Shown piece by piece: positions 39,752-49,926 of a stretch of 64,000 nt of DNA. Position numbers and translations under genes: made by a program. The stretch covers positions 96,001 through 160,000 of the forward strand of contig JBFWMA010000002.1 of assembly GCA_050251875.1 (NCBI GenBank), given 5' to 3'. Origin of the DNA: Deferribacterales bacterium (lineage in GTDB: Bacteria; Chrysiogenota; Deferribacteres; Deferribacterales; Geovibrionaceae). The stretch's first letter is position 1. The number at the start of each line of letters is the position of its first letter. Below the pieces are notes generated by a model. That model was not told the origin of the DNA and ran no database searches. It was given only the letters and a program-made list of their open reading frames with translations.

Positions 39752-39798
39752 CGCGTCAAGAAAAAAAGCGGGACAAAAGCCCCGCCTTAAAAATTGTG

Positions 39799-40539
39799 TT
39801 ATTTTTTCAGTGCGCTGACAATGCTTTCCAGCGACATGGGAAAGACGATGGTGTTCGTCTTGTCGTTGGCTATCTGGTTCAGTGTTTGCAGATAACGAAG
39901 CTGAATAGTAAGAGGGTTCTGCGCCATAATGTCGCTCGCCTCGTGCAGTTTCTGAGCGGACTGCATCTCGCCCTCTGCGTTGATGATCTTGGCTCTTCTT
40001 TCTCTCTCTGCCTCTGCCTGTTTCGCCATAGCCCGCTGCATTTCTGTGGGCAGGTCTATGTGTTTCATCTCCACGGATGATACCTTTACGCCCCAGGGAT
40101 CTGTCTGGCTGTCCAGAACATCCTGAAGCTCTTTGTTGATGTGCTCTCTGTTGGAAAGCATCTCGTCCAGCTCGAACTGACCCAGAATACTTCTGAGGGT
40201 GGTCTGCGAAAGCTGGCTGGTGGCATAGTAAAAATCCTCAACCTCGAGAACCGCTTTGTTCGGTTCCAGAACTCTGAAGTAAACAACGGCGTTCACCTTA
40301 ACAGAAACGTTGTCTTTTGTGATTACGTCCTGCGGGGGAACATCCATAACAAATGTTCTCAGGTTGACCTTGGTCATCTTTTCCAGAACAGGGATCAGGA
40401 TTATCAGACCGGGGCCTCTGACACCAGTGTAACGTCCGAGGCGGAAGATAACGCCTCTTTCATATTCCTTCAGGATCTTGATAGAATTGAGCAGAACCAT
40501 GATTACGAGCACCAGAAACACTAACGGTATCTGAAACAT
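39799..40539 (-). CDS. SPFH/stomatin (slipin) family protein
   Basis: [63 protein letters not shown] before MFQIP. Confidence 0.93.
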   Translation of the reverse strand: MFQIPLVFLVLVIMVLLNSIKILKEYERGVIFRLGRYTGVRGPGLIILIPVLEKMTKVNLRTFVMDVPPQDVITKDNVSVKVNAVVYFRVLEPNKAVLEVEDFYYATSQLSQTTLRSILGQFELDEMLSNREHINKELQDVLDSQTDPWGVKVSSVEMKHIDLPTEMQRAMAKQAEAERERRAKIINAEGEMQSAQKLHEASDIMAQNPLTIQLRYLQTLNQIANDKTNTIVFPMSLESIVSALKK

Positions 40540-40618
40540 ATTGACCTCCGTGATATACTTGGTTATTATCTTAATCCCAAAATGCCTTATGGGCAAATCT
40601 TTTCTGACGGGTTGACAA

Positions 40619-41488
40619 ATGACTGCGAAAAGCATGACAGGCTACGGAAAAATTATGACAGGCAACGATATCTGCGATCTGAAGGTCGAGATGAAGTCTG
40701 TAAACAGCAGATATTTTGACTGTAATGTCAGGATGCCCAGAATGTTTAACTTCATGGAGATAACGCTTAAAAACGCTCTGAAAGATATTCTGGTTAGAGG
40801 AAAGGTGGATGTGAACATCGACCTTAAACTGAAAAAACAGCAGTTCAAACCCGTTCTCAGATCGGACGCGGTGGAGAGCTATCTTTCTATCTTCACCGAG
40901 CTGAAAGAGAAATACGGTGTGCACGGCGAGATCAGGCTGGAGCATCTGCTCTCTTTCAACGATATTCTGGAATCGGAAGAGGCGGACGACATGGGTCAGC
41001 TTCTGGCGGAATTCGTTCTGGGGGCGCTGAATACCTGCGCCAGTGAAATGAGCGCCATGAGAGAACAGGAAGGTCTTAATCTGGCTGATGACATAAAAAC
41101 CAGACTGGATATATTAAAAAATATCGCTGCGGATGTGGATAAAAGCCGTGAGGATGTCTATGCCTACTGGCAGGACAAATTCACCAAGCGCATGGCGGAA
41201 TTCGGCGTGGACGCCGAAGACAGGATAATTCAGGAGGCGGCTGTGATGTCTGAAAAAGCGGACATATCAGAAGAGGTCACCAGAATATATTCACATGTGG
41301 AGCAGTTCAGAAAGATAATCGACACAGAAGACCAGAGCGGTAAGAAGCTGGATTTCATGTGTCAGGAGCTGAACCGTGAGTTCAACACCATCGGATCCAA
41401 AAGCGGCAAGACGGACATTATAAATAATGTCGTGCAGGCAAAAAGCGAGATTGAGAAAATCCGTGAACAGGTACAGAATCTGATATGA
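40619..41488 (+). CDS. yicC: YicC/YloC family endoribonuclease
   Basis: [43 protein letters not shown]. Confidence 0.93.
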   Translation: MTAKSMTGYGKIMTGNDICDLKVEMKSVNSRYFDCNVRMPRMFNFMEITLKNALKDILVRGKVDVNIDLKLKKQQFKPVLRSDAVESYLSIFTELKEKYGVHGEIRLEHLLSFNDILESEEADDMGQLLAEFVLGALNTCASEMSAMREQEGLNLADDIKTRLDILKNIAADVDKSREDVYAYWQDKFTKRMAEFGVDAEDRIIQEAAVMSEKADISEEVTRIYSHVEQFRKIIDTEDQSGKKLDFMCQELNREFNTIGSKSGKTDIINNVVQAKSEIEKIREQVQNLI

Positions 41489-42096
41489 AAACACATAAAG
41501 GAAAACTATTTGTCGTGAGCGCCCCCAGCGGCGCCGGAAAGACAACCCTGTGCAGCAGGCTGCTGGGCAATTTCAACACCATCGGATATTCAGTGTCTTA
41601 CACCACCAGAACACCCAGACATGACGAAACCGACACAGAAGACTATTATTTCATCTCTGTGGCTGAGTTCGAGGCGATGATAGATCGTGGCGAGTTTCTG
41701 GAATGGGCCAAGGTGCACAACAACTATTACGGCACATCCAGAACCAAGGTGGAAGAGATTCTGGAAACGGGGCGTGACGTTCTTCTGGACATAGATCCCA
41801 AAGGCGCCCGCCAGCTCAGAGAATCTCTGGATTACGGCATATATATTTTCATCACCGCCCCCAGCATGAAAGATCTGGAAACCAGGCTGCGCAACAGACG
41901 CACAGAGGACGAAGAGATCATGCGTCTGCGCCTCACCAATGCCCGTGAGGAGATTCAGCATTTTAAAGAGTATGATTATCTGATAGTTAACAGCGATATC
42001 AACAGAGCCTCAAACGATCTGGAATGTATTTACATAGCGGAGCATCTTAAGGCTTGTGATGTTGACACTATTGACGATATAATGAATCTTGACTAA
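41485..42096 (+). CDS. gmk: Guanylate kinase
   Basis: SAPSGAGKTT, SVSYTTRTPR, EWAKVHNNYYGT. Confidence 0.97.
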   Translation: MKTHKGKLFVVSAPSGAGKTTLCSRLLGNFNTIGYSVSYTTRTPRHDETDTEDYYFISVAEFEAMIDRGEFLEWAKVHNNYYGTSRTKVEEILETGRDVLLDIDPKGARQLRESLDYGIYIFITAPSMKDLETRLRNRRTEDEEIMRLRLTNAREEIQHFKEYDYLIVNSDINRASNDLECIYIAEHLKACDVDTIDDIMNLD

Positions 42097-42118
42097 GGTA
42101 TATTATTAATACAACAAT

Positions 42119-42201
42119 TCCCTCCTTTCCCAAAGGAGGGCTGGGGTGGATTTCTTTAAAGAAAAAAATCTCCCCTAACCCCTCTTTAAAAAAGAGGGGG
42201 A
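42119..42201. repeat. REP-like inverted doublet of palindromic units
   Basis: CCCTCCTTTCCCAAAGGAGGGCTGGGGTGGATTT and an inverted related copy AAATCTCCCCTAACCCCTCTTTAAAAAAGAGGGG. Confidence 0.7.
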
Positions 42202-42250
42202 TAGAAAATATTTATAATAAATGTAATCCATACACTCAGGAGATAGATAA

Positions 42251-42463
42251 ATGCCCTTATTAGACATTGAAAAAGTAATTCAGAAACCCACACTCAGAAG
42301 CCGTTTTAAACTTGTTCATGTGGCAGGACTCCGCGCCAGAGAGCTCAACACTCCTAAAGAAGAGACTATCCACAGACAGATCGATGAGTACAGCAAGAAC
42401 ACCACAAACGCTCTTGGCGAGATCATCACAGGTAAAATTGACTTTGAGCAGACAGAAGACTAA
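42251..42463 (+). CDS. rpoZ: RNA polymerase omega subunit
   Basis: SRFKLVHVAGLRARELN...NALGEI; gmk-rpoZ-coaBC gene order. Confidence 0.88.
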   Translation: MPLLDIEKVIQKPTLRSRFKLVHVAGLRARELNTPKEETIHRQIDEYSKNTTNALGEIITGKIDFEQTED

Positions 42464-43649
42464 TGTCCTGGTTGGGGTAACAGGCGGCATCGCCTGTTAC
42501 AAAGCCGTTCATTTATGCAGACTTCTTATAAAGGCGGGCTACAGTGTAAAGGTCGTCATGACCCCCGCCGCATGTTCCTTCGTCACGCCACTCACTTTTC
42601 AGTCCATCACCAGAAACAGGGTGTATGTCAATGAGTTCGAGGCAGGAACAGAACCCGAGATAATCGAACATATCGAGCTGGCAGGCTGGGCGGATGAGTT
42701 CATCATCGCTCCCGCCACAGCGAACACCATAGCAAAGATAGCAAACGGCATCGCCGATAACCTGCTGACATCCACCGTTCTTCCATACACCAGACCAATA
42801 TACATCGCTCCCGCCATGAACGTTGATATGTATGCCAACAAGGCTACCCAGAAGAATCTGAATACGGTCGCAGGACTGGGACATATCATTATCGATCCCG
42901 GAACCGGAGAGATGGCATGCAAAGCGGAAGGCAAAGGAAGAATGGCTGAACCGGAAGAGATATTTGACGCTGTTTTTTCCCACAGACCGCTCAGCGGGCT
43001 GAAGGTTGTCGTGACAGCCGGACCGACATCCGAGCCGATAGACCCTGTGCGCTACATAACCAACCGCTCCAGCGGAAAGATGGGTATTGCCCTCGCCCGT
43101 CAGGCGAAGGTGATGGGCGCTGATGTGCGTCTGATAGCTGGACCCGTGACCGCCGACATATCCGGTCTTGACGCTGTGCGTGTGCAGACGGCGGACGAGA
43201 TGCTCACCGCCCTGAAACAGGAGACTCCTTCCGCCGATATCCTGATAATGGCGGCCGCTGTGGCAGACTATAAAGCGGCGGAGTATTCCGACAAAAAGAT
43301 AAAGAAATCCGATGACGACATGGTTATCAGGCTTTCAAAAAATCCGGATATTCTGAAAAGCCTGTCCGGCGGCAAGAGAGAGAATCAGGTATTTGCCGGA
43401 TTTGCGGCTGAGTCGCACGATCTGGCTCAGAACGCCCGAAAAAAACTGATTGAGAAAAAGCTGGATATGATAGTGGCAAACGACATCTCCAGAAAAGATA
43501 TAGGATTCGAGACGGATGATAACGAGGTCACCATATTTTTCAGTGACGGGACATCCGCGGATTCCGGTAAAAAATCAAAAACCGAGATAGCTGAGCTGAT
43601 ACTGGCTCAGGCTCTGGAAATATACAGGAAGAAGAATGGCTCTGTTTGA
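42444..43649 (+). CDS. coaBC: Phosphopantothenoylcysteine decarboxylase/ligase
   Basis: GVTGGIACYK, APATANTIAK, APAMNVDM, TAGPTSEPIDPVRYITNRSSGKMG, GFAAES; probable TTG start. Confidence 0.95.
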   Translation: MSRQKTNVLVGVTGGIACYKAVHLCRLLIKAGYSVKVVMTPAACSFVTPLTFQSITRNRVYVNEFEAGTEPEIIEHIELAGWADEFIIAPATANTIAKIANGIADNLLTSTVLPYTRPIYIAPAMNVDMYANKATQKNLNTVAGLGHIIIDPGTGEMACKAEGKGRMAEPEEIFDAVFSHRPLSGLKVVVTAGPTSEPIDPVRYITNRSSGKMGIALARQAKVMGADVRLIAGPVTADISGLDAVRVQTADEMLTALKQETPSADILIMAAAVADYKAAEYSDKKIKKSDDDMVIRLSKNPDILKSLSGGKRENQVFAGFAAESHDLAQNARKKLIEKKLDMIVANDISRKDIGFETDDNEVTIFFSDGTSADSGKKSKTEIAELILAQALEIYRKKNGSV

Positions 43650-44265
43650 TAAGAACGTGATAAAAGAAGTATACGGCATCGGCGATGTGCTGGCTGACGG
43701 ATGCGAGTCCGGCGGTGATCCTTTCGAGGAGCTCCGAACAGAGGTGATGCAGTGTACCAAATGCCGTCTGCACGAAACCAGAACCAACGTTGTGTTCGGC
43801 GTCGGCGATAATAAAGCCGATCTGATGTTCGTGGGCGAAGGTCCCGGGGCGGAAGAGGACGCTCAGGGGATACCTTTTGTCGGGCGTGCCGGACAGCTTC
43901 TGACTAAGATGATAGAGGCGATGACTCTCTCCCGTGAAAGAGTGTATATCGCCAACATCGTGAAATGCAGACCGCCGGAGAACAGAAACCCGTTCGAAGA
44001 CGAATCCATGACGTGTATCCCGTATCTGTACCGTCAGATAGAATTTATAAAACCGAAGATAATTATATGTCTGGGCAGTGTCGCCGCCCAGAATCTTTTG
44101 AAGACAAATGTGGGAATTACCAAGATCAGAGGCTCTTTTGTGGACCTTAATGGTATAAAAGTCATGCCCACTTTCCACCCTGCCTATCTTCTGCGTAATC
44201 CCAACATGAAAAAGCCTTGCTGGGAAGACCTTCAGAAAGTTATGCGTGAGCTCAATCTCAACTAA
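43636..44265 (+). CDS. Family 4 (Fe-S) uracil-DNA glycosylase
   Basis: CTKCRL, VGEGPG, PFVGRAG, NIVKCRPP, TFHPAYLLR. Confidence 0.95.
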   Translation: MALFDKNVIKEVYGIGDVLADGCESGGDPFEELRTEVMQCTKCRLHETRTNVVFGVGDNKADLMFVGEGPGAEEDAQGIPFVGRAGQLLTKMIEAMTLSRERVYIANIVKCRPPENRNPFEDESMTCIPYLYRQIEFIKPKIIICLGSVAAQNLLKTNVGITKIRGSFVDLNGIKVMPTFHPAYLLRNPNMKKPCWEDLQKVMRELNLN

Positions 44266-44336
44266 TTTTGAATTGACCGAACTATCTTTAAGTGGTTATA
44301 ATTTACGCAGAGATACTTAAACCGGAGGATTTTTCT

Positions 44337-45542
44337 ATGCTCAGAATCGTTAAGCCCGCTGCTCTCGTTGCGGGTATCATTATGCTTTCCGCCTGTGCGG
44401 CCACAGGGCCTAAGGTGGATCCCATGGCTTATCAGCTCGCACCCTCAGACGCTGAAAAAGTTTCTATCCCTGATGTGTGCAGGGCTTCCTACAAAATAGA
44501 GATGCCCAGGCTCGCCGTTGTGGAATTCACCAACAACACAACATACGGTGAAATGTCAGCGACAAACACTAACGTGAACTACAAAGGAACAAGAAAATCT
44601 GTTTCCGCCGGAGCCGCCGGTGTGGTTGCCACTCCCGGAGCTGTCGGCGTGGGATATGTGGGCGCTAACAAAACCACTATGCAGTCACAGACACAGATTG
44701 ACTCATTCCACCGCCAGATTTCTTCAAAACTGGGCGAATATGCTCAATCCGCTGTAGAAACCACCATGACTAAAATGGGCGGATGCAGCATGTATGACCG
44801 TAAAAGGCTCGACAAAATTATGAACGAGCAGAAATTCCAGATGACAATGGGCGACCCCTCAACAGCAGTAAAACTTGGCAAGATGGCAGGCGTGCAATAC
44901 ATCGTGACAGGTACAGTTGATAACATTTCAGTAAAATATGTTCCTAAAATGGATACAAACAACAACGTGGGCGGCGGACTGGGCGCTTTCTTAAGCGTTG
45001 CCACTATGGCTGCCAACACTCAGACAGGATGGATCGTCAACACAGAGATGACTGTGGAGCTCATCGATGTTGAAACAGGTCAGATCCTTCTGAACGAAAA
45101 AGTGAACGGAAGAGAGATAGCCGGCGCCGCCGCTAACTTCAACCCTGAAAACGCTGTTCAGGCTGCTAAAAAAGCTATGGGCGAAGCTGTGGACGATATC
45201 AAACCTAAATTTTCCGAGAAATTCGCTCAGAAAGGCTACATCCAGCAGCTCAGAGGAAACAAAACAGTGGCTCTGATCAACCTCGGTTCAGAGAAAGGAA
45301 TAGAGTCAGGTCAGAAATTCGATATCTATGACTTCATGGAGATCGAAGACCCCATGACAAACGCAAAATCTTGCAACATGTCAAAAATCCCCGTGGAAGC
45401 TGTTATATCAGATCAGATTCAGCCCAATCAGGCATGGATAAAACTGGACGGCAAACCCGAAGCTCTCATGAGAGTAAAAGTGGGAAGCATCATCCAGCGT
45501 CAGAAGCTGGAAGGGCAGAGCATGTTTAAGAAAATGTTCTAA
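44337..45542 (+). CDS. CsgG/HfaB-like lipoprotein with FlgT-like C-terminal domain
   Basis: Lipobox LSAC; RLAVVEF, DRKRLDKIMNEQ, AVKLGKMAGVQYIVTG, LIDVETGQI; C-terminal INLGSEKGI; GGAGG RBS. Confidence 0.75.
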   Translation: MLRIVKPAALVAGIIMLSACAATGPKVDPMAYQLAPSDAEKVSIPDVCRASYKIEMPRLAVVEFTNNTTYGEMSATNTNVNYKGTRKSVSAGAAGVVATPGAVGVGYVGANKTTMQSQTQIDSFHRQISSKLGEYAQSAVETTMTKMGGCSMYDRKRLDKIMNEQKFQMTMGDPSTAVKLGKMAGVQYIVTGTVDNISVKYVPKMDTNNNVGGGLGAFLSVATMAANTQTGWIVNTEMTVELIDVETGQILLNEKVNGREIAGAAANFNPENAVQAAKKAMGEAVDDIKPKFSEKFAQKGYIQQLRGNKTVALINLGSEKGIESGQKFDIYDFMEIEDPMTNAKSCNMSKIPVEAVISDQIQPNQAWIKLDGKPEALMRVKVGSIIQRQKLEGQSMFKKMF

Positions 45543-45640
45543 TAAAACGGGCGGGGCAACCCGCCCTTTTGGTCTTATTACCTTGATAAATGCGGATTTC
45601 AGTTTTAACATTGATATATCTGCGAAATTCGGAGACTGAT

Positions 45641-46750
45641 ATGAAAAAATTATTATTGTCACTGGTCATATCCCTGTTCTTTACGATGATGTCATATGCC
45701 GCCGCTGTCACAGTTTCCGCTGTGGGCGAGGCGGATATCGTAAACGGAGATAAGTCCGCCGCAAAAATTCAGGCTGTTGCCCGCGCTAAATGGGCCGCCA
45801 TCGAGGATGCTTCCGGCGTCCGTGTTAAGGCTGATACCATTGTCCAGAATGCCGTGCTGGTTGACGAAGCTATCAAAAGCGAAATCAGCAGTGTGGTTCA
45901 GAGCTATAAGATCACAGGCGAAGAGGAGGACGGTTCTATCTACCGTGTGATGATAAAAGCCGTGATAATCCCCGAAAAAGCTCAGAAAGCCATGAGCTCT
46001 GTCGCCAGAAATACATCTATCGCCGTTATGATCCCCGTTGTTTTCCCCGACAAACATGTTGAGGAGACCAACATTCTTACAGAAACAGTCATTAACGAGC
46101 TGACATCCAGACAGCTCGAAGTTGTTGACATCGCCTCTGCCAACGCCGCCACATCAGGTGATTTGAACAGAGCCATGAAGACCAACAACTATACCGCTAT
46201 GAGAAATATCGCCGCCAAATACCTTTCAGGAACCATACTGATAGGCAAGGTGGATACAGTCGCCACAGCCAAAGAGGGCTCTGATATCGGATACGGTGTC
46301 GCCATCCCCTTTAACGTGGTTACAGGCAGACTGACATACAGACTGATAATCCAGCAGGGAGCAGGCACAAAGATTCTTGCCAGCGGATATCTCGCCGCCA
46401 AGGGCATGGGCGCCACTCTGGAGGATGCTACCAACCAGATGATGGAGAACATGAACGATGAGGTCTCCACCAATCTGGTGAGCATCGTAATGGAAAACAT
46501 TAAAGGTGTTAACGATAAGGTCATCAGCGTTCAGATGGTGGGCAAGACCAATCTGGAAGACCTGATGGAACTGAAACAGATTCTGAACTACACTGCGTGG
46601 GTTCTGGAAGTGAACGACAACGGAGCCGATACCCTGACAGTGAAATATCCTGAAAAAACACTGTATCTTGCCACCGCTATCAGCAGCAGAGCAAATTATA
46701 AAATAGTGAAGCTCAGCGACTACAAGATTCAGGTTCAGAAATTATATTAA
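45641..46750 (+). CDS. Exported protein with FlgT-N/LPP20-like N-terminal domain
   Basis: Signal peptide; VSAVGEADI...AKIQAVARAKWAAIEDASGVRV pattern. Confidence 0.65.
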   Translation: MKKLLLSLVISLFFTMMSYAAAVTVSAVGEADIVNGDKSAAKIQAVARAKWAAIEDASGVRVKADTIVQNAVLVDEAIKSEISSVVQSYKITGEEEDGSIYRVMIKAVIIPEKAQKAMSSVARNTSIAVMIPVVFPDKHVEETNILTETVINELTSRQLEVVDIASANAATSGDLNRAMKTNNYTAMRNIAAKYLSGTILIGKVDTVATAKEGSDIGYGVAIPFNVVTGRLTYRLIIQQGAGTKILASGYLAAKGMGATLEDATNQMMENMNDEVSTNLVSIVMENIKGVNDKVISVQMVGKTNLEDLMELKQILNYTAWVLEVNDNGADTLTVKYPEKTLYLATAISSRANYKIVKLSDYKIQVQKLY

Positions 46751-46764
46751 CGATTTTGTGATAT

Positions 46765-46793
46765 AAGGCGGCTTATTAAGCCGCCTTTTTTTT
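46765..46793 (+). terminator. Rho-independent terminator
   Basis: AAGGCGGCTT-ATT-AAGCCGCCTTTTTTTT. Confidence 0.85.
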
Positions 46794-46863
46794 GTTGAAA
46801 ATATGATTGATAGCCGTAACTTTCTGTGACAGAATTATGTAACATTATTTATAAAGGTTAATT

Positions 46864-48948
46864 ATGTCATTTCTGAAACAAATGCTCAAAAATTACCGGG
46901 TCATCTGCTTCCTGGTTTTCATCATAATAGGATGCCTCGGTCTCTATCATAAACCCCAGTATGTCGAAAAATTTTCTCTCGGTCTGGAAGATCTGAAATT
47001 TCCCTTCCGCTCTGCCGTGGGCATGTCGCCTAAGGCGGACGAGAGACTGGTGATCGTCACCGTGGACGAGCCCAGTGTGAACAGGATAGGGCGCTGGCTG
47101 TGGCCCAGAGAGACCATAGCCAAGCTGTTTTCCAACCTGAACGAGGCGACAGTGGTGGGGCTCGATATCGTTTTTTCTGAAAAATCGGACCCGAAACAGG
47201 ATACAGAGCTGGCAGACGCCATATACAACAACCAGAACATAATCCTCGGCTTCTTCTTCAGAGACGCCGCCACAGAGGAGACCACAGAGCAGGATGTGGA
47301 TATTCTGGAGAACTGCGCTTATCTGAACTATGAGATTCTGAGCGACACCGTTGGCGTTAAAGAGTTTCCATACGCCGAGGTGAACATTCCGGAGATAGGG
47401 GAGGCTGGGCTCACCTGCGCCTCTTTCAGCACAGAGCCGGATGTGGACGGTCTCTACCGCAAATATCCGCTGGCGTACATCCACAAGGGCTACATCTTTC
47501 CGCCTATAGCTGTGCAGATGATGCGTTACGGGCTGAACAAAGACGTGGACATGAAGCTGGATTCCAAAGGAGTGAAATCCTTTAAAATAGATAATGTTAA
47601 GATAAAAGACTCTACATATTTCAGGCTCAATTTTTATGATAACGTGGAGTATGTTTCCGCTTATAAAGTGATTAACGGAGAGATTCCGCCGTCTTTTTTC
47701 AAGGATAAGATGGTTATCGTGGGTGTTACAGAGGTAGGCATATACGATATGCGTCCCACGCCTATAGATTCCATCACCCCCGGGGTTTCTCTGCACTATG
47801 TGGCGCTCAGCAACCTGCTGAATAATCAGTTCCTCACCACATCGAAGGCGTATGATTATTCCGCCGCCGCTCTCATCATGCTGATTATTGTAGCCATCAG
47901 CTATCTGAGAAAACAGCATTACAGACTGATTTCCTATTTCTTCGTTATAGCAGGCGGCGTTTCTGCGTCATACGCTATGTTTGTTTTCGGGAATTTCTGG
48001 CAGCATGAGTTCTATGTTGTCGCTCCCTCCGTGATGCTCATTGCCTCTCTGGAGTCGTTCGCTTTCTTCACCGTGGAGCGCAAGGCGAAGGAGATTAAGA
48101 AGGCGTTCACGTCTTATGTCTCTCCGGAGCTGGTGGAAGAGATTCAGAAAGACCCGGACAGGCTGAAGCTGGGCGGAGAGGAACGCTTTATCTCCATCAT
48201 GTTTTCAGACATCAGGGGCTTTACCACTCTGTCTGAAAAGCTGACCGCGCCGGAGCTGGTCTCCATGCTGAACAAGATACACGACCCTATGACGAAAGTT
48301 GTTCTGCACAACAAGGGGATGCTGGATAAATACATAGGCGATGCCATGATGGCGCTGTTCAACACGCCTCTGGATCTGCCGGATCACGCCGACATGGCTG
48401 TGAAAACCGCTCTGGAGCTGATACGCAAGCTCCATGAGATAAACGCTAAATTCACTGAGACAGGGCTTCCTAACATAGATGTGGGTGTCGGTGTCAACAC
48501 AGGTCCCGCTGTATGCGGAAACATGGGCTCGACAGTAAGGTTCGAATACACCGCCATAGGCGACAGCGTGAACCTCGCTTCCCGTCTGGAAGGGCTGTGT
48601 AAGGCGTATAAAACCAGAATAGTAATAAGTGAACACACAAAAGACCACTGCAAACAGCAGTATCTGATGCGCCAGCTCGACAGCGTTAAGGTAAAAGGAA
48701 AGAAAGAGCCCGTGGCTATCTTTGAGGTGATGGAGGAGACTCCGGAAAACCGCCATGTGGCAGAGAATTATGAAAAAGGTCTGAATCTCTATTTTCAGCG
48801 GAACTTTGAAGAGGCTCTGGCTGTCTTTGAAGAGCTGGAGAAGGGAGGCGATCTCACATCCGGAATTTTCGCCGAGAGGTGCAGAGAATATATCAAAGAC
48901 GCTCCGGACCATGACTGGGACGGAACTTATACAATGAAGACTAAATAA
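46864..48948 (+). CDS. CHASE2-domain class III adenylate cyclase
   Basis: CHASE2 (GRWLWPR, VGLDIVFSE, PDVDGLYR), 3 TMs, FSDIRGFT, DKYIGDAMMA, YTAIGDSVNLASRLEG (K/T specificity pair of class IIIb cyclases). Confidence 0.92.
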   Translation: MSFLKQMLKNYRVICFLVFIIIGCLGLYHKPQYVEKFSLGLEDLKFPFRSAVGMSPKADERLVIVTVDEPSVNRIGRWLWPRETIAKLFSNLNEATVVGLDIVFSEKSDPKQDTELADAIYNNQNIILGFFFRDAATEETTEQDVDILENCAYLNYEILSDTVGVKEFPYAEVNIPEIGEAGLTCASFSTEPDVDGLYRKYPLAYIHKGYIFPPIAVQMMRYGLNKDVDMKLDSKGVKSFKIDNVKIKDSTYFRLNFYDNVEYVSAYKVINGEIPPSFFKDKMVIVGVTEVGIYDMRPTPIDSITPGVSLHYVALSNLLNNQFLTTSKAYDYSAAALIMLIIVAISYLRKQHYRLISYFFVIAGGVSASYAMFVFGNFWQHEFYVVAPSVMLIASLESFAFFTVERKAKEIKKAFTSYVSPELVEEIQKDPDRLKLGGEERFISIMFSDIRGFTTLSEKLTAPELVSMLNKIHDPMTKVVLHNKGMLDKYIGDAMMALFNTPLDLPDHADMAVKTALELIRKLHEINAKFTETGLPNIDVGVGVNTGPAVCGNMGSTVRFEYTAIGDSVNLASRLEGLCKAYKTRIVISEHTKDHCKQQYLMRQLDSVKVKGKKEPVAIFEVMEETPENRHVAENYEKGLNLYFQRNFEEALAVFEELEKGGDLTSGIFAERCREYIKDAPDHDWDGTYTMKTK

Positions 48949-48963
48949 AATTCGGAGATAAAT

Positions 48964-49926
48964 ATGAAAAGAATCGGAGTAATGACCAGCGGGGGGGACT
49001 GCCCCGGTATGAACGCCGCCATCAGAAGCGTGGTGAGGACGGGTATCGCACATAACCTTGAGGTATACGGCATCGAGCAGGGATACAAAGGACTCATCGA
49101 AGGCAAGATAAAGCTGATGGAAAGCAAAGATGTGGCGAACATGATTCAGCGGGGCGGAACATTCTTAAAAAGCGCCAGATGCCCTGAGTTCAAAACAGAA
49201 GCCGGACAGCAGGCCGCCATAGACCAGCTTGAGAAATTCGGCATAGAAGGGCTGGTGATAATAGGCGGTGACGGATCGCTCACAGGCGCCAGAGTGCTTC
49301 ACGAGAAATACGGAATAAAAGTGGTCGGTCTGCCGGGCTCCATAGACAACGACATATTCGGCACCAGCATATCCATAGGCGTGGACACAGCTCTGAACAC
49401 CATATGCCGGGCTGTGGACATGATAAACGAGACAGCCAGCTCCCACGACAGAACATTCATCATAGAGGTCATGGGGCGCAACTGCGGCTATCTCGCCCTG
49501 ATGTCTGCCATCGCCACCGGAGCGGAGGCGGCTATCGTTCCTGAAGTTCCCTACAATATCGAAAGCATCATCAACAAAATAAAAACAAGATACATCGAAG
49601 GAAAATCCAGAAGCATAGTGATAGTGGCGGAGGGCGCCGGAAATGCCTATGACATAGGCAAGGCTTTTCAGCTCATCGGCGGTTTCGACACCAGAATCAC
49701 TGTTCTGGGACATCTCCAGAGGGGCGGGGCTCCGTCCGTGTTCGACAGAACACTGGCGACACGTCTGGGCTCAGGCGCTGTCAGAGGGCTGATGGAAGGC
49801 AGAACAGGCGTGATGGCAGGTCTCGGCGGACGTGAGATAGTCTTCACCGATCTGGATATAGTGCTGACAAACAAGCGTGACCTGGACGAAACCATGATAA
49901 AAATAGCAGAGGAACTGAGCCTGTAA
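48964..49926 (+). CDS. pfkA: ATP-dependent 6-phosphofructokinase
   Basis: TSGGDCPGMNAAIR, IGGDGS, SIDNDI, EVMGR, LGHLQRGG. Confidence 0.97.
   Translation: MKRIGVMTSGGDCPGMNAAIRSVVRTGIAHNLEVYGIEQGYKGLIEGKIKLMESKDVANMIQRGGTFLKSARCPEFKTEAGQQAAIDQLEKFGIEGLVIIGGDGSLTGARVLHEKYGIKVVGLPGSIDNDIFGTSISIGVDTALNTICRAVDMINETASSHDRTFIIEVMGRNCGYLALMSAIATGAEAAIVPEVPYNIESIINKIKTRYIEGKSRSIVIVAEGAGNAYDIGKAFQLIGGFDTRITVLGHLQRGGAPSVFDRTLATRLGSGAVRGLMEGRTGVMAGLGGREIVFTDLDIVLTNKRDLDETMIKIAEELSL

Noticed and set aside
42312..42443. N-terminal extension of coaBC in the ORF track
   Set aside because: Overlaps rpoZ in another frame; CoaBC similarity begins near TTG 42444.
46867..49713. Long minus-strand ORFs (350, 282 and 182 aa) opposite the cyclase and pfkA
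   Set aside because: Antisense shadows of well-supported plus-strand genes.
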